Both the position numbers and the translations under genes were made by a program. A stretch of 53,292 bases of DNA from Thermoplasmata archaeon (GTDB lineage: Archaea; Thermoplasmatota; Thermoplasmata; Lutacidiplasmatales; UBA184). Positions within the stretch are counted from its first letter, which is position 1, and each line of letters begins with the position of its first letter. The notes under the pieces were generated by a model. That model saw nothing but the letters and a program-made list of their open reading frames with translations, searched no databases and had not been told where the DNA came from. This document shows, one piece after another, positions 19,650 to 28,910 of this stretch. The stretch is from positions 1-53,292 of the forward strand of contig JBOGRR010000001.1 in the NCBI GenBank assembly GCA_050749765.1, read 5' to 3'.

Positions 19650-20474
19650 TTAAGACTTCTCCAACGGGGCCGGAGGGGTGGAAGTTGGGCTCGGCGCGGT
19701 CCCGGGCCCGCCCGGCCGCACGCCCTCGGTGATCAGCGAGTACACGCGGTCCGTTAGCTCGTAGAACGACTCCGACTTTCGGTCCCGAGGGCGGGGGAGG
19801 TCAACGCGAACCTCGGCGAGGACGCGGGCCGGCCGGCGAGAGAGGACGAGGACGCGGTCCGCGAGCACCAGGGCCTCTTCGATGTTGTGGGTCACGAGCA
19901 TGACGGCATCGGGCGGCAGGCTCGGATCCCGCCAGAGCTGGAGGACCTCCTCTCGCAGCCCCTCCGCGGTGAGCGGATCGAGGGCGCTGAACGGCTCGTC
20001 CATCAGCAGGATCGACGGTTCGACCGCCAAGGCTCGTGCCAGCCCGACCCGCTGGCGCATTCCACCGGAGAGCTCGCGCGGGTACGCTTCTTCGAAACCT
20101 ACCAGCCCGGTGACCGAGATGTAGCGGTCGACGGTCGACTGAACCTGGTCGGGCGTGCGGTCGAGGGCCTCCAGGCCGAAGGCGACGTTCTCCTTGACGG
20201 TGAGCCACGGGTAGAGCGCGAAGCTCTGGAAGACCATCGCCATGCCTCGGCAGACCGAGCGGACCTCCTGCCCGCGGAATCGCACCGTCCCGCCCGTGGG
20301 CCGGTCCAACCCTTGGACGAGCCGGAGCAGGGTCGACTTCCCGCACCCCGACGGGCCGACGATCGCGACGAAGTCGGAGTCGGAGACCTGAAAGGAGATG
20401 TCCTGCATGATGGACATGGTGCCGTGGCGACCGGCGAAGCTCTTGTCGACGTGTTCGACCTCGATGAGCGTCAT
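19650..20474 (-). CDS. ABC transporter ATP-binding protein (NitT/TauT nitrate/sulfonate/taurine-like family)
   Basis: 274 aa. Walker [10 protein letters not shown], signature [15 protein letters not shown], Walker [13 protein letters not shown]. Confidence 0.9.
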   Translation of the reverse strand: MTLIEVEHVDKSFAGRHGTMSIMQDISFQVSDSDFVAIVGPSGCGKSTLLRLVQGLDRPTGGTVRFRGQEVRSVCRGMAMVFQSFALYPWLTVKENVAFGLEALDRTPDQVQSTVDRYISVTGLVGFEEAYPRELSGGMRQRVGLARALAVEPSILLMDEPFSALDPLTAEGLREEVLQLWRDPSLPPDAVMLVTHNIEEALVLADRVLVLSRRPARVLAEVRVDLPRPRDRKSESFYELTDRVYSLITEGVRPGGPGTAPSPTSTPPAPLEKS

Positions 20475-20495
20475 CGCACCCGCCTCCCTGCGTAC

Positions 20496-22313
20496 TCAGT
20501 CGTAGCGGTACTTCGTCGTCGCGCGCCGATATAGAGGCTTCCACACAAGCTCGTTGATCACGACGACCGTCGCTACGAGCGTGAAGAGGGCGGCGACCAT
20601 CAACGGCAGTCCGTTGACCCCGCTGGGCTCGCTGTAGCCGATGTCGAGGAGATAGCCGACCCCGAACACGTGGAACGTCGGACCGTTCTGGATGTTGAGG
20701 TACTCGGCCACGATCAGCGTGTTCCATCCACCGCCGAACGCCGTGATCGCGCCGGTCACGAACGCGGCGAAGGACCCCGGCAACAGCACCTTGCGAAGGA
20801 GCGATCGTTTTTCGACCCCGAACGAACGGGCCGCCTCCTCGAGGTCCGGCGGCACGCTCCGGAGCCCCGCGAGCAGGTTGAAGAAGAGATACCAGATCAT
20901 GCCGGTCATCAGCATCACGATCGATGCGCCCTCGGGCGAGATGTATGGCACGAGCTGGAAGACCACGACGGGGAAGAGGGCCGTCGCCGGGATCGAGGAG
21001 ATCACCTCAATGATGGGGAGGCCGACCCGGCCGTGGCGGCTGGGCCGAGCGAGCGCGATCGCGAGCGGCAGCGCGATCGCGAGGCACAGCGCGAACGCGG
21101 CGAGGACGCGCAGGAGTGATGCGCCCATCGCGAGCGGCAAGCTCCACATCTGATCGATCACCGACGGCGCGATCGGCTGGGTGTAGATCCCATAGACCGC
21201 CACGCCGATGGCGATCAAGATCAGCCAGACGAAGATGAGGACCGCGCCGAGCGCCACCCACCCGATCGCCGTCCGGGCCCGGGGGCGCTCCCGGCGGCGG
21301 GCCCGCGAGGTAAAGGCGGCGAGCTGGGCGAACGGCGTGCTGATCGCCACGACCCCGGCGCGTACGGCGCGCGTCGCGATCGTCGCGGCCCGCCGTACTC
21401 GAGTGGGGCGCGCCGCCCCATCGACCTCGTTCTCCCCGCTCGGACTGGTATCGTAGCGGTAGCGCTCGGCGATGTGGCCGAGCGGGCGCCACAACAGGAA
21501 GTCCATCGCGACGATCAGCAGGACCAGCGGGATCAGCCCCGCGAGGAACGCTTCCCCATTCCCCGCACCGGCGGCGATCGACAAGTAGCTCCCGATCCCC
21601 GCGAGCGGCTGGCCGCCACTGCTGGTCGTGAAGATCTCCGCCTCGACGAGGAAGAACCAGCCGCCGGTCCATGAAAGGATCGAGTTGTAGACGAGGCGGT
21701 TGACGGTGGCCGGAAAGACGACCCGCCGCATCCGTTGGACGCCGGAGGATCCGAAGGAGTCCGCCGCTTCGCGGAGATCCGAGGGCATCGACTTGAGCGA
21801 CTCGTAGACACCGAAGACCATGTTCCAGGTCATCGCGGTGAAGATGAGGAAGACGCTCGCGACATTTGGTCCAAGCCAGTCGTTCGGGCCGAAGACGGCG
21901 ACGAAGAACACGATCGCCACGGGAAAGAAGCCGAGGATCGGGATCGACTGCAGAATGTCGAGGACGGGGATCATGACCCGCTCGCCGGTCCGACGGGTCG
22001 CGGCGAAATAGCCGTAGGCGAGCGCGAAGCCGAGGCTCGCCGCGTAGGCGGCGAGCATGCGGCAGAACGAGTAGAGAAGGTCGACGCTGGCGGTCGGAAG
22101 GTTCGAGAGCAGCGTCGATCCCGAGAGCCCGATTGTCGCGACGGTCGCGGGGACGGCCGCGACGACGATCGCGAGGTAGAGGATCGCCGACCGCCGGGCC
22201 GAGCGCGACCACTCACTCGGAGTCGGAAGGGCCGTGCGCGGAGGAGGCGACGACGGCCCGCTGGAGCGGGAGCCGTCGCTCGCCGATCCGATGCCGGCTA
22301 GATCCGGACCCAT
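20496..22313 (-). CDS. ABC transporter permease, fused tandem (two BPD-type transmembrane domains)
   Basis: Trimmed from 22457 to the ATG at 22313. Two repeats of the permease core, each with an EAA-like loop (LREAADSFGSSGVQRMRRVVFP and LEEAARSFGVEKRSLLRKVLLP). Confidence 0.8.
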   Translation of the reverse strand: MGPDLAGIGSASDGSRSSGPSSPPPRTALPTPSEWSRSARRSAILYLAIVVAAVPATVATIGLSGSTLLSNLPTASVDLLYSFCRMLAAYAASLGFALAYGYFAATRRTGERVMIPVLDILQSIPILGFFPVAIVFFVAVFGPNDWLGPNVASVFLIFTAMTWNMVFGVYESLKSMPSDLREAADSFGSSGVQRMRRVVFPATVNRLVYNSILSWTGGWFFLVEAEIFTTSSGGQPLAGIGSYLSIAAGAGNGEAFLAGLIPLVLLIVAMDFLLWRPLGHIAERYRYDTSPSGENEVDGAARPTRVRRAATIATRAVRAGVVAISTPFAQLAAFTSRARRRERPRARTAIGWVALGAVLIFVWLILIAIGVAVYGIYTQPIAPSVIDQMWSLPLAMGASLLRVLAAFALCLAIALPLAIALARPSRHGRVGLPIIEVISSIPATALFPVVVFQLVPYISPEGASIVMLMTGMIWYLFFNLLAGLRSVPPDLEEAARSFGVEKRSLLRKVLLPGSFAAFVTGAITAFGGGWNTLIVAEYLNIQNGPTFHVFGVGYLLDIGYSEPSGVNGLPLMVAALFTLVATVVVINELVWKPLYRRATTKYRYD

Positions 22314-22457
22314 CGTCGAACCCCCCTCCACGCGAGCCGCTCGCGGCCATCGTCGGTTCGGCGACGACTCTCGCTCTATTTGTGCGGAGTGGTCGGACGA
22401 GCGGCGGACCCGCTCCGCTGCCCGACGTCGGCCGAGGTCGCCGACTTCCCGAGGCAA

Positions 22458-22470
22458 CGTTTATGAACGG
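22458..22470 (+). promoter_or_regulatory. TATA-like box (CGTTTATGAACGG) upstream of tRNA-Gln
   Basis: The only AT-rich patch in the spacer, centred about 29 nt upstream of the tRNA 5' end. Confidence 0.4.
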
Positions 22471-22491
22471 CCCCCCGCTCCCCGGCGATGT

Positions 22492-22598
22492 AGCCCCGTA
22501 GTGTAGTGGCCAAGCATGCGAGACTCTGGATCTCGCGACGCAGGTTCGAACGCCGCGTGCGCGCGCCCGTCCGCGGGCCGAAACTCCTGCCGGGGCTA
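22492..22598 (+). tRNA. tRNA-Gln (anticodon CUG) with a 34-nt non-canonical intron (22551-22584) in the T-loop, position 59/60
   Basis: Acceptor AGCCCCG/CGGGGCT, anticodon arm CGAGA-CTCTGGA-TCTCG, T stem GCAGG/CCTGC separated by 41 nt instead of 7. Removing 22551-22584 restores the T-loop TTCGAAT. The junctions sit in two 3-nt bulges flanking a 4-bp helix (see finding). Confidence 0.8.
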
Positions 22599-22792
22599 CT
22601 CTCGGGCGCCACACGGATTCACGATGCGGGGGTGCTCCAGTTCGGCCAAACCGGACCGCGCCGCGGCCGGGACCACCGAGGCAGGGCTTAGGACCCTGTT
22701 GCCCAGGGCATTCGCCGGTTCAAACGGCCGTCGGGAGAGCGCCTTCCGCGGTCGGAAACTCCGGCCCCCCGCATATCTCGCCGAGTGAGCCG

Positions 22793-23701
22793 ATGCCGAA
22801 CGGAGCAAGCCCGAGCCGGGACGCGGGGATCCTCTCCCCCGTAGAGATCCTACGACTCTCGTCGGTAGAGGTCGATCGGATGATTGATCGCCTGGAAGCG
22901 ACGGTTCCCGAGATGCCGGCGTGGGCGGATCTAGGCCGGACCGGTGCCCGGGAGGCGCTCGTGATGGGCGACACTCACGGAGATTGGCCGTCGGTCGTTT
23001 CGGTCGTCGACCGGTTCCTGGACGGGGAGAATCTCGCCCTCGTCGGCCTCGGAGACTACGTCGACCGCACTCCGGCGGACTGCCCGCTCGGCTCGGCGGC
23101 CAACGCACTCTACCTCCTCCAGGTCGCGGCCTCGAACTCCCCCCGGGTCGTGCTGATCCGGGGGAATCACGAAACGGTGGACCGCATCCCCGTCGCGCCT
23201 CGATCGCTCGAACCCGAGATCGAGCGTGCCTGGGGCGTGTCGAAGGTGCGCGCGCAACGCATCGTGCGCTTGCTGAACCGCGGACCCATGGCCGCGACGA
23301 GCCCGTCCGGCGCCTATCTGGCCCACGGAGGGTTCCCGCGCTCGCCGCGACCGGATCCTTGGACCCGCGCGGTCGATCCGCAGAGCCTGGCTCGTCTCGC
23401 GGAGATCGCGTGGGCGGATTGCTCCGCCTCGCGCAATCGACGCAGCGTGGCCGCGCCCTTCGATGGGGAGGAGACACGGGAGTTCCTCGCCGAGGCCGAC
23501 CTCTCGGTCTTCGTGCGCGGGCACGACCCCGACATCACCCGCAAGGTCCTCTTCGATGGACGATGCATCACCCTACACACGACCCGGTACTACGCGCGAT
23601 ACGGTGGGGTCATTGCGGCACGGTTGCCGCTCCTTGGAGCCCTGCGGACGGTCGACGAGCTCCCGATCGAAGAGGTTCCCGACTCGCGAGTCCCCCGCTA
23701 G
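22793..23701 (+). CDS. PPP-family serine/threonine protein phosphatase (calcineurin-like metallophosphoesterase)
   Basis: 302 aa. Signature triad GDTHGD, GDYVDR, RGNHE, plus a downstream AHGG. Confidence 0.8.
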   Translation: MPNGASPSRDAGILSPVEILRLSSVEVDRMIDRLEATVPEMPAWADLGRTGAREALVMGDTHGDWPSVVSVVDRFLDGENLALVGLGDYVDRTPADCPLGSAANALYLLQVAASNSPRVVLIRGNHETVDRIPVAPRSLEPEIERAWGVSKVRAQRIVRLLNRGPMAATSPSGAYLAHGGFPRSPRPDPWTRAVDPQSLARLAEIAWADCSASRNRRSVAAPFDGEETREFLAEADLSVFVRGHDPDITRKVLFDGRCITLHTTRYYARYGGVIAARLPLLGALRTVDELPIEEVPDSRVPR

Positions 23702-24465
23702 GGGGGGCGCTCCCCCGAAACCGGTGATGTTGGATCCTGGGCGGTCGGTCGCTCGAGCACGTACGGGACCGACGGGTGGTGGGGGAGGTACTCGGGGGGG
23801 CGCTGGCCCGTAAGCGCGTAGATCGTGCGCTCGGCGATCCGGCAGGCGTTGTCCGCGATCCGTTCGAAATGGCGCGCGACGAGGATTTCGTTGCTCGTGC
23901 GCTGGCCACTCATCGGATCGAAGAGGAGTTGCCGCACGGCGATGCGGTTCGTCTCCCGGTGCATCCGGTCGATCTCGTTGTCCCGGTCGAAGAGCGAGCG
24001 GGCGAGGTCGTACTTGTCGTGCTCGAGGGCGTCGAGCGCGAGGGCGACCTGCGACTCCGTGAGGATGTCCATGTTCTGCAGGTGCTCCCTCAGTTCCGGG
24101 AGATCCGGGCGACTCTCGGGCGTCGTGATCCGGGCCATATCAAAGCCCAGTCGGCCGATCCGGTCGAGGTAGGTCGTGGCTTTGAGGATCGCGACCGCAG
24201 TACGGAGGTCCTTGCCCGCCGGCTTGCGGAGTAGAAGAAAGGAGATCGTTTCGTGCTCGATATCCACCTCGAACTTCGCGAGCCGCTCATCGCGGTCGAG
24301 CACGCGTTGCGCGAGCTCGAGGTCGCACCGCTGGAACGCCGTCCAACCGTCGTGGACCATCGCGAGGGCCCAATAACCCATCTCGGTCGCGTGGAGCTTG
24401 AGGCTCGTGACCTCTCGGTCGTACCCGCGCGGCGTCTCTCCCGGTGTGGCCTCTTCGTCCGTCAT
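23698..24465 (-). CDS. phoU: phosphate transport system regulatory protein PhoU
   Basis: Trimmed from the composite ORF 23698..25095 to the ATG at 24465, which overlaps the pstB stop (ATGA). Two PhoU repeats with the D..ID and ERIADNA pattern. Confidence 0.85.
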   Translation of the reverse strand: MTDEEATPGETPRGYDREVTSLKLHATEMGYWALAMVHDGWTAFQRCDLELAQRVLDRDERLAKFEVDIEHETISFLLLRKPAGKDLRTAVAILKATTYLDRIGRLGFDMARITTPESRPDLPELREHLQNMDILTESQVALALDALEHDKYDLARSLFDRDNEIDRMHRETNRIAVRQLLFDPMSGQRTSNEILVARHFERIADNACRIAERTIYALTGQRPPEYLPHHPSVPYVLERPTAQDPTSPVSGERPP

Positions 24466-25256
24466 CCGAACCTCCCCGTGATGTACTCTTCCGTCAACTT
24501 CTCCTTCGGGCGCTCGAAGAGGTCCTCGGTCCTCCCCACCTCGATGAGGCGCCCTTGGTAGAAATAGGCAGTTCGGTCCGAGACCCGGGCCGCCTGATTG
24601 ACCGAGTGAGTGACGAGAACTACGGTCATCTCCTGGCCGAGCTCTTCGAGCGCGAGCTCGACGCGCTGGGTCGAGACCGGGTCGAGGCTCGACGTCGCCT
24701 CGTCGAGCAGGAGGACCCGTGGTCGCACGGCGAGCGCACGGGCGATGCACAGGCGCTGCTGCTGTCCCCCGGAGAGGGAGAGGGCCGGCCGATCGACATC
24801 GTCCTTGACCTCCTCCCAAAGGCCCGCGCGCACGAGCGACGCCGCAACCTGCTGTTCGACGACGTCCTCCGGCTCGTGCTCGAGGCGGAGTCCAAAGGCG
24901 ACGTTCTCGTAGATGCTCATCGGGAAGACCGTCGGCCGTTGGAAGACCATGCCGACTCGGCGCCGGACCAGCACCGGATTGATCTCGGGAGAGTAGATGT
25001 TCTGCCCGAGGTAGAGGACCGTACCCCGTACCTGCAGGCCCGGGGTCATCTCGACCATCCGGTTGAGCGTCCTCACGAAGGTGGTTTTGCCGCACCCCGA
25101 GGGGCCGATCACTGCGGTGAGCGTTCGAGCCGGAAGGTCGATGTTCACGCTATCGAGGATCTTGCGTCCTGTCGGGGTCACTACCGAGAGGTCCCGGACC
25201 GTCATCACGGGACCCGCGTCGATCGGTGTCGAAGGGGACTCGGGGATCGCGCTCAC
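24462..25256 (-). CDS. pstB: phosphate ABC transporter ATP-binding protein
   Basis: 264 aa, GTG start overlapping the pstA stop. Walker A GPSGCGKTT, signature LSGGQQQRLCIARAL, Walker B VLLLDEATSSLD. Confidence 0.93.
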   Translation of the reverse strand: MSAIPESPSTPIDAGPVMTVRDLSVVTPTGRKILDSVNIDLPARTLTAVIGPSGCGKTTFVRTLNRMVEMTPGLQVRGTVLYLGQNIYSPEINPVLVRRRVGMVFQRPTVFPMSIYENVAFGLRLEHEPEDVVEQQVAASLVRAGLWEEVKDDVDRPALSLSGGQQQRLCIARALAVRPRVLLLDEATSSLDPVSTQRVELALEELGQEMTVVLVTHSVNQAARVSDRTAYFYQGRLIEVGRTEDLFERPKEKLTEEYITGRFG

Positions 25257-26167
25257 TGGAACAGACCCGCGAGGCGCTTCTCGGAGCGCCAGGAGATGAG
25301 ACGCACGACGACATTGAGCGCGATCACGGTCACGATGAGAAGGAACGCGGCTTCATAGGCGAGATAGAGGAGGGAGGGGACCGGGCTGGTGAGATTGTAG
25401 AACACGGTGCCGGTGATGAACCCCGCCGGGCCCGCGAGGCCCGCCGGAGCGTACCCCGAGTAGCTGAGCGTCAAGATGAGCGTCGCTGTTTCCCCCACCC
25501 CGAGCGCGACGGCGATGAACGTCCCGTTCAAGATCTGCGGGAGCACGATGGGCCGGGCGACGCGCAGGATATAGTCGCTCGGCCGAGCGCCACTCCCGTA
25601 GGCGGCCTCGCGAATGTGGCGGGGGACGGACGTGAACGCGAGGTCGGTGGCCCGGAAGATGTACGGCGTCATGAAGACCGCCGTCGTGAGGCCTGCGGCT
25701 AGGATACCCTGCCCCCAGCCGAGATAATCGACGAAGAAGAAATACCCGAAAAATCCGAGGATGATCGCGGGCAACCCGGCGAGCGTGTTGGCTCCGAGTC
25801 GCATCCACGAAGCGACTCGATCCGGCAAGAACTCGGCGACGGCGATCCCTCCTAGCAGGCCGAAGGCAAGTGCGAAGGCCGTCGCGATGACCATCAGCTC
25901 GATGGTGCCGACGATCGGACCGTACAGCCCCGCGCCGATGGGGCTCGGCTGGAAGTCGCTCAGGGTGAAGTGAGGGAGCGCTTGGGTCGCGATCCAGTAA
26001 ACGACATCGGCAATCGGAACGATCGCGACGCCGAAAAGCAGCGCCAGCAGCCATCCGATCGACCGGTCGAATCCCAGGTGCCATTTCACGAGTCGGCGAC
26101 GCGCGGTCGAGAGGTCCTGGGCCCCCGGCGGCGCGGGGGCGACGGCGAGCGCATGCACCGCGGACAT
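25253..26167 (-). CDS. pstA: phosphate ABC transporter permease PstA
   Basis: Trimmed from the composite ORF 25253..27067 to the ATG at 26167. Polytopic, with the EAA loop IREAAYGSGARPSDYILRVARP. Confidence 0.85.
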   Translation of the reverse strand: MSAVHALAVAPAPPGAQDLSTARRRLVKWHLGFDRSIGWLLALLFGVAIVPIADVVYWIATQALPHFTLSDFQPSPIGAGLYGPIVGTIELMVIATAFALAFGLLGGIAVAEFLPDRVASWMRLGANTLAGLPAIILGFFGYFFFVDYLGWGQGILAAGLTTAVFMTPYIFRATDLAFTSVPRHIREAAYGSGARPSDYILRVARPIVLPQILNGTFIAVALGVGETATLILTLSYSGYAPAGLAGPAGFITGTVFYNLTSPVPSLLYLAYEAAFLLIVTVIALNVVVRLISWRSEKRLAGLFQ

Positions 26168-26175
26168 CGTCCCGT

Positions 26176-27186
26176 CTACCCCCCTCCGCCCGACCGGACG
26201 AGGCGCATCGTGAACCAGCGACCGAGGAGGTTCACCGTCACCGTGATCGCCGTGAGCAGCAGCGCGATCTCGACCAGGGCGTTCAGCAGCGACGGCTGGA
26301 CCAGCGCCTGGTCGAAATCCTGCAGGATGCTCGCCGTCAAGGTCGAAGTGGGGCTGTAGGCATTGACCGGGAATTGCGCGGTCGTGCCGATCAGGAAGAA
26401 TACGGCGACCGCCTCCCCAATCGCTCGCGCGAACCCGAGCAGCCCCGCCGCCCACACCCCCCGGCCCGCGTAGCGAAGGCTGATCCGACGGGTGACCTCC
26501 CAGCGCGTTGCCCCTAGCGCGAGCCCGCTCTCCACCAGATCGCGAGGCACGGTCCGTAGGGCGTCGCGGATCAGCACGGTCGTGATCGGGAGGACCATGA
26601 GGACCAGGATCGTCCCGGCGAGCAGGATCCCGAAGCCCGTCGAGCTGATCGGTCCTTGGAATCCTGGGATCCAGCCCAGGTTCTGAACCATCCATGGCTC
26701 GATCGACGTCGCGTAGATCGGCGCAAGGAAGAGCACGCCCCAGATCGCGAACACCACGCTGGGTACGCCCGCGAGCAGGTCGATGAACGGATCGAGGACC
26801 CGGCTCAAACTTCGCGGCAGATACACTACCGAGGCGATCGCGACCCCGAGCGAGACGAGCATCGCGATGGCGAGCGCCGGTAGCGCGGTGACCATGGTGC
26901 CGAGGATCAGCGTTTGGGTTCCGAAGAGCCCGGAGGCGGGGTTCCACTCGGGGCCGAAGAAGTTCGATGCGTCGAACGCCCCGAGGTTCGAGAAGTACGC
27001 GAGGATCCATATGAGGAGAACTATCAGCGCGATCGGAACCGCGGCCGGGGCGAGAGCGACGAGCCATCGTCGGCTGGGGCGGATCTCACCGGAAGTTGCC
27101 GTCGGGTAGGCCGACGAGACGGCGCCTTCGGAAGAGGGGTAGGGGCGGTCGCCTGGCCCAGAGGCGGGGCGTGGGATCTCGGTCAA
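26176..27186 (-). CDS. pstC: phosphate ABC transporter permease PstC
   Basis: 336 aa. Polytopic, with the EAA-like loop LVESGLALGATRWEVTRRISLRYA. Lies 8 nt upstream of pstA. Confidence 0.85.
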   Translation of the reverse strand: MTEIPRPASGPGDRPYPSSEGAVSSAYPTATSGEIRPSRRWLVALAPAAVPIALIVLLIWILAYFSNLGAFDASNFFGPEWNPASGLFGTQTLILGTMVTALPALAIAMLVSLGVAIASVVYLPRSLSRVLDPFIDLLAGVPSVVFAIWGVLFLAPIYATSIEPWMVQNLGWIPGFQGPISSTGFGILLAGTILVLMVLPITTVLIRDALRTVPRDLVESGLALGATRWEVTRRISLRYAGRGVWAAGLLGFARAIGEAVAVFFLIGTTAQFPVNAYSPTSTLTASILQDFDQALVQPSLLNALVEIALLLTAITVTVNLLGRWFTMRLVRSGGGG

Positions 27187-27211
27187 TGGTGTTCGGCCTC
27201 CAATCGTTCTC

Positions 27212-28570
27212 TCACCCGCTCACCTGGATCGTCGAGAGGATCTGAGTGGCGTATCCGACGACGGTTGGGGTGAGCGGAAGGAAGCCGACCGGCTCGAGGA
27301 GGGCCGGCTGGTTTCCGTAGCTGAGGACCCACTGAAGGAATTGGACGACCGCGATCGCCGTTGCGTATCCTCCCGGGTTATCCACCGTAGGGGTCCCCGA
27401 CGTGCGCACGAGGACGTACTCCAAGTTCACGATCGGATACGGAGTCGGACCGCTCCCCGTGGGGCTCCGGCCACCGGTGCCTTGAGAGTAGGCGACGGCG
27501 TTGGCCGGGTTGCCCCCGAGGATCAAGACGAGCGCGAGCCCATACGCCGTGAAGTTGAGCCCTACGAGCCCGAGCGTGACGTCCGCCGCGATGTTCGTGG
27601 GGGTCGGGGCCGCGTAGTTCGAGAGATTCGTGCCTCCGCTCGCGGAGATCGCACGATTGTCCCCGAGGTTCGCGTACTCTACTCCCCCGGCGAGGGACCG
27701 ATAACTGATCCCCACGTATCCGAGTGCCCCGATCGTAGTCTCGACGGCCCGTAGAACTCCGGTGTTCAGCGCCACCGCGACGAAGCTCGGGTTGAGATTC
27801 TGGCCTTTCGTTCCGGTGATGGCATCGTCCCCCTGGGTATGTCCGAACGCCGTCCAGCCGGCCCACGCCATCGTCAGGTAGCCCGTGAACAGCCCGGTGT
27901 CGCCGCTGCTGTCCGATCGGCCGACCGGGGTGATCGTGGAGCCCGAACCGGAGAGGCCGTTGAGGATCGCCCGGACGGCCGGCGTTTGCGCCGCGAGGAT
28001 CAGCGGGTCATTCCACTGCGTGATGTTCCCGTTGTAGATCATGCCAAGGACGGTCCCGTTGAGGTTGAGCTCGCTGCTCGTTAGGCCCGGGAGGTTGACG
28101 CAGACGAGCTGGGAGGAGATCGCCGTCGGGATCTGCGCCATCGCGTGCGTCGAGGGCGGCACGGTCGTGGAGCACGTCGCGGCGGAGGCGTTCACGATGA
28201 ACGTGTCCGTCATCCCGAGGTTCACGTTGCCGCAGATCGAGAGGGCTTGACCGGTACCGCTACCGGTCGAACCGACGCTGATGTGAATGTTCGAGTTCAC
28301 TTGCTCGGTGTAGTCGGCACTCCAGTTCAGGAGCATCGGCCAAAGGAGCGAGGAGCCGCTACCCGAGATGGTGATTGTCTGCCCCCGCACCCCCGGCGCT
28401 CCGTAGTACCCCACGGCCCAACCCGCTCCGACGGCGATCAGCGCGACGGCGACCACCAGGGCCACGCCGGCACCGCTCATCCGCCGAGCCTTACGCCGAC
28501 GCTTGGTGCGCGCGAACAGGTTGTCCGCCCCGCTGGGGGGTCCGAAAGCCCCGGGGGGACTCGTGCTCAT
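27212..28570 (-). CDS. pstS: phosphate-binding protein PstS, N-terminally membrane-anchored
   Basis: 452 aa. N-terminal TM helix (GVALVVAVALIAVGAGWAVGYY) followed by PBP motifs ITISGSGSSLLWP and VGSTGSGTG. Confidence 0.8.
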   Translation of the reverse strand: MSTSPPGAFGPPSGADNLFARTKRRRKARRMSGAGVALVVAVALIAVGAGWAVGYYGAPGVRGQTITISGSGSSLLWPMLLNWSADYTEQVNSNIHISVGSTGSGTGQALSICGNVNLGMTDTFIVNASAATCSTTVPPSTHAMAQIPTAISSQLVCVNLPGLTSSELNLNGTVLGMIYNGNITQWNDPLILAAQTPAVRAILNGLSGSGSTITPVGRSDSSGDTGLFTGYLTMAWAGWTAFGHTQGDDAITGTKGQNLNPSFVAVALNTGVLRAVETTIGALGYVGISYRSLAGGVEYANLGDNRAISASGGTNLSNYAAPTPTNIAADVTLGLVGLNFTAYGLALVLILGGNPANAVAYSQGTGGRSPTGSGPTPYPIVNLEYVLVRTSGTPTVDNPGGYATAIAVVQFLQWVLSYGNQPALLEPVGFLPLTPTVVGYATQILSTIQVSG

Positions 28571-28877
28571 CGCATCGGTCCTCCGGCGGAGGTCCGCCGG
28601 GCTCGCGGGGCAAGGCGGCCGGATGCGGAACTGATCGCGTCGACCGAGCCGACGCGTCGAAGGACTTCTTCACTCCACCGGAGTGCCGCCACCCTCCAAC
28701 GGGGTCGGTCGACGGAGTCTCTCTCGAGCGATCCCGCGAACGGGGGAAAGGTCTCTTGCGCGCGCGCGGAAGGGGAGAGGTCGATCCGACGCCCGGTCGT
28801 GCGGTCGTGGAGGGGAGGAGCGGCGGGTCGAAGTTCCGTGCTTTGAGCTGCGATCATCGATCGAGGGACGGCGCAGG

Positions 28878-28897
28878 GTGAATATATAGCAATTCAC
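28878..28897 (-). promoter_or_regulatory. candidate pst promoter: TATA box (CTATATATT on the minus strand) embedded in the palindrome GTGAAT-N8-ATTCAC
   Basis: Part of the most AT-rich stretch I noticed in the window (28878-28935). It is a 6-bp inverted repeat with an 8-nt spacer containing the TATA box. The box centre lies about 28 nt upstream of the ATG at 28857. Confidence 0.4.
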
Positions 28898-28910
28898 TAA
28901 AATCTATAGT

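Noticed and set aside
22599-22792. Possible ncRNA or small ORF in the 194-nt spacer after tRNA-Gln (contains the hairpin CAGGG-CTTAGGA-CCCTG)
   Set aside because: There is only one short hairpin, no recognisable RNA family features, and the overlapping 90-aa ORF is Arg/Gly/Ala-rich. Insufficient evidence.
23698-27067. Composite track ORFs 23698..25095 (465 aa) and 25253..27067 (604 aa)
   Set aside because: Their N-terminal halves are out-of-frame read-through of pstB and pstC respectively. They were trimmed to internal ATGs (24465 and 26167) that give canonical PhoU and PstA and restore stop-start coupling.
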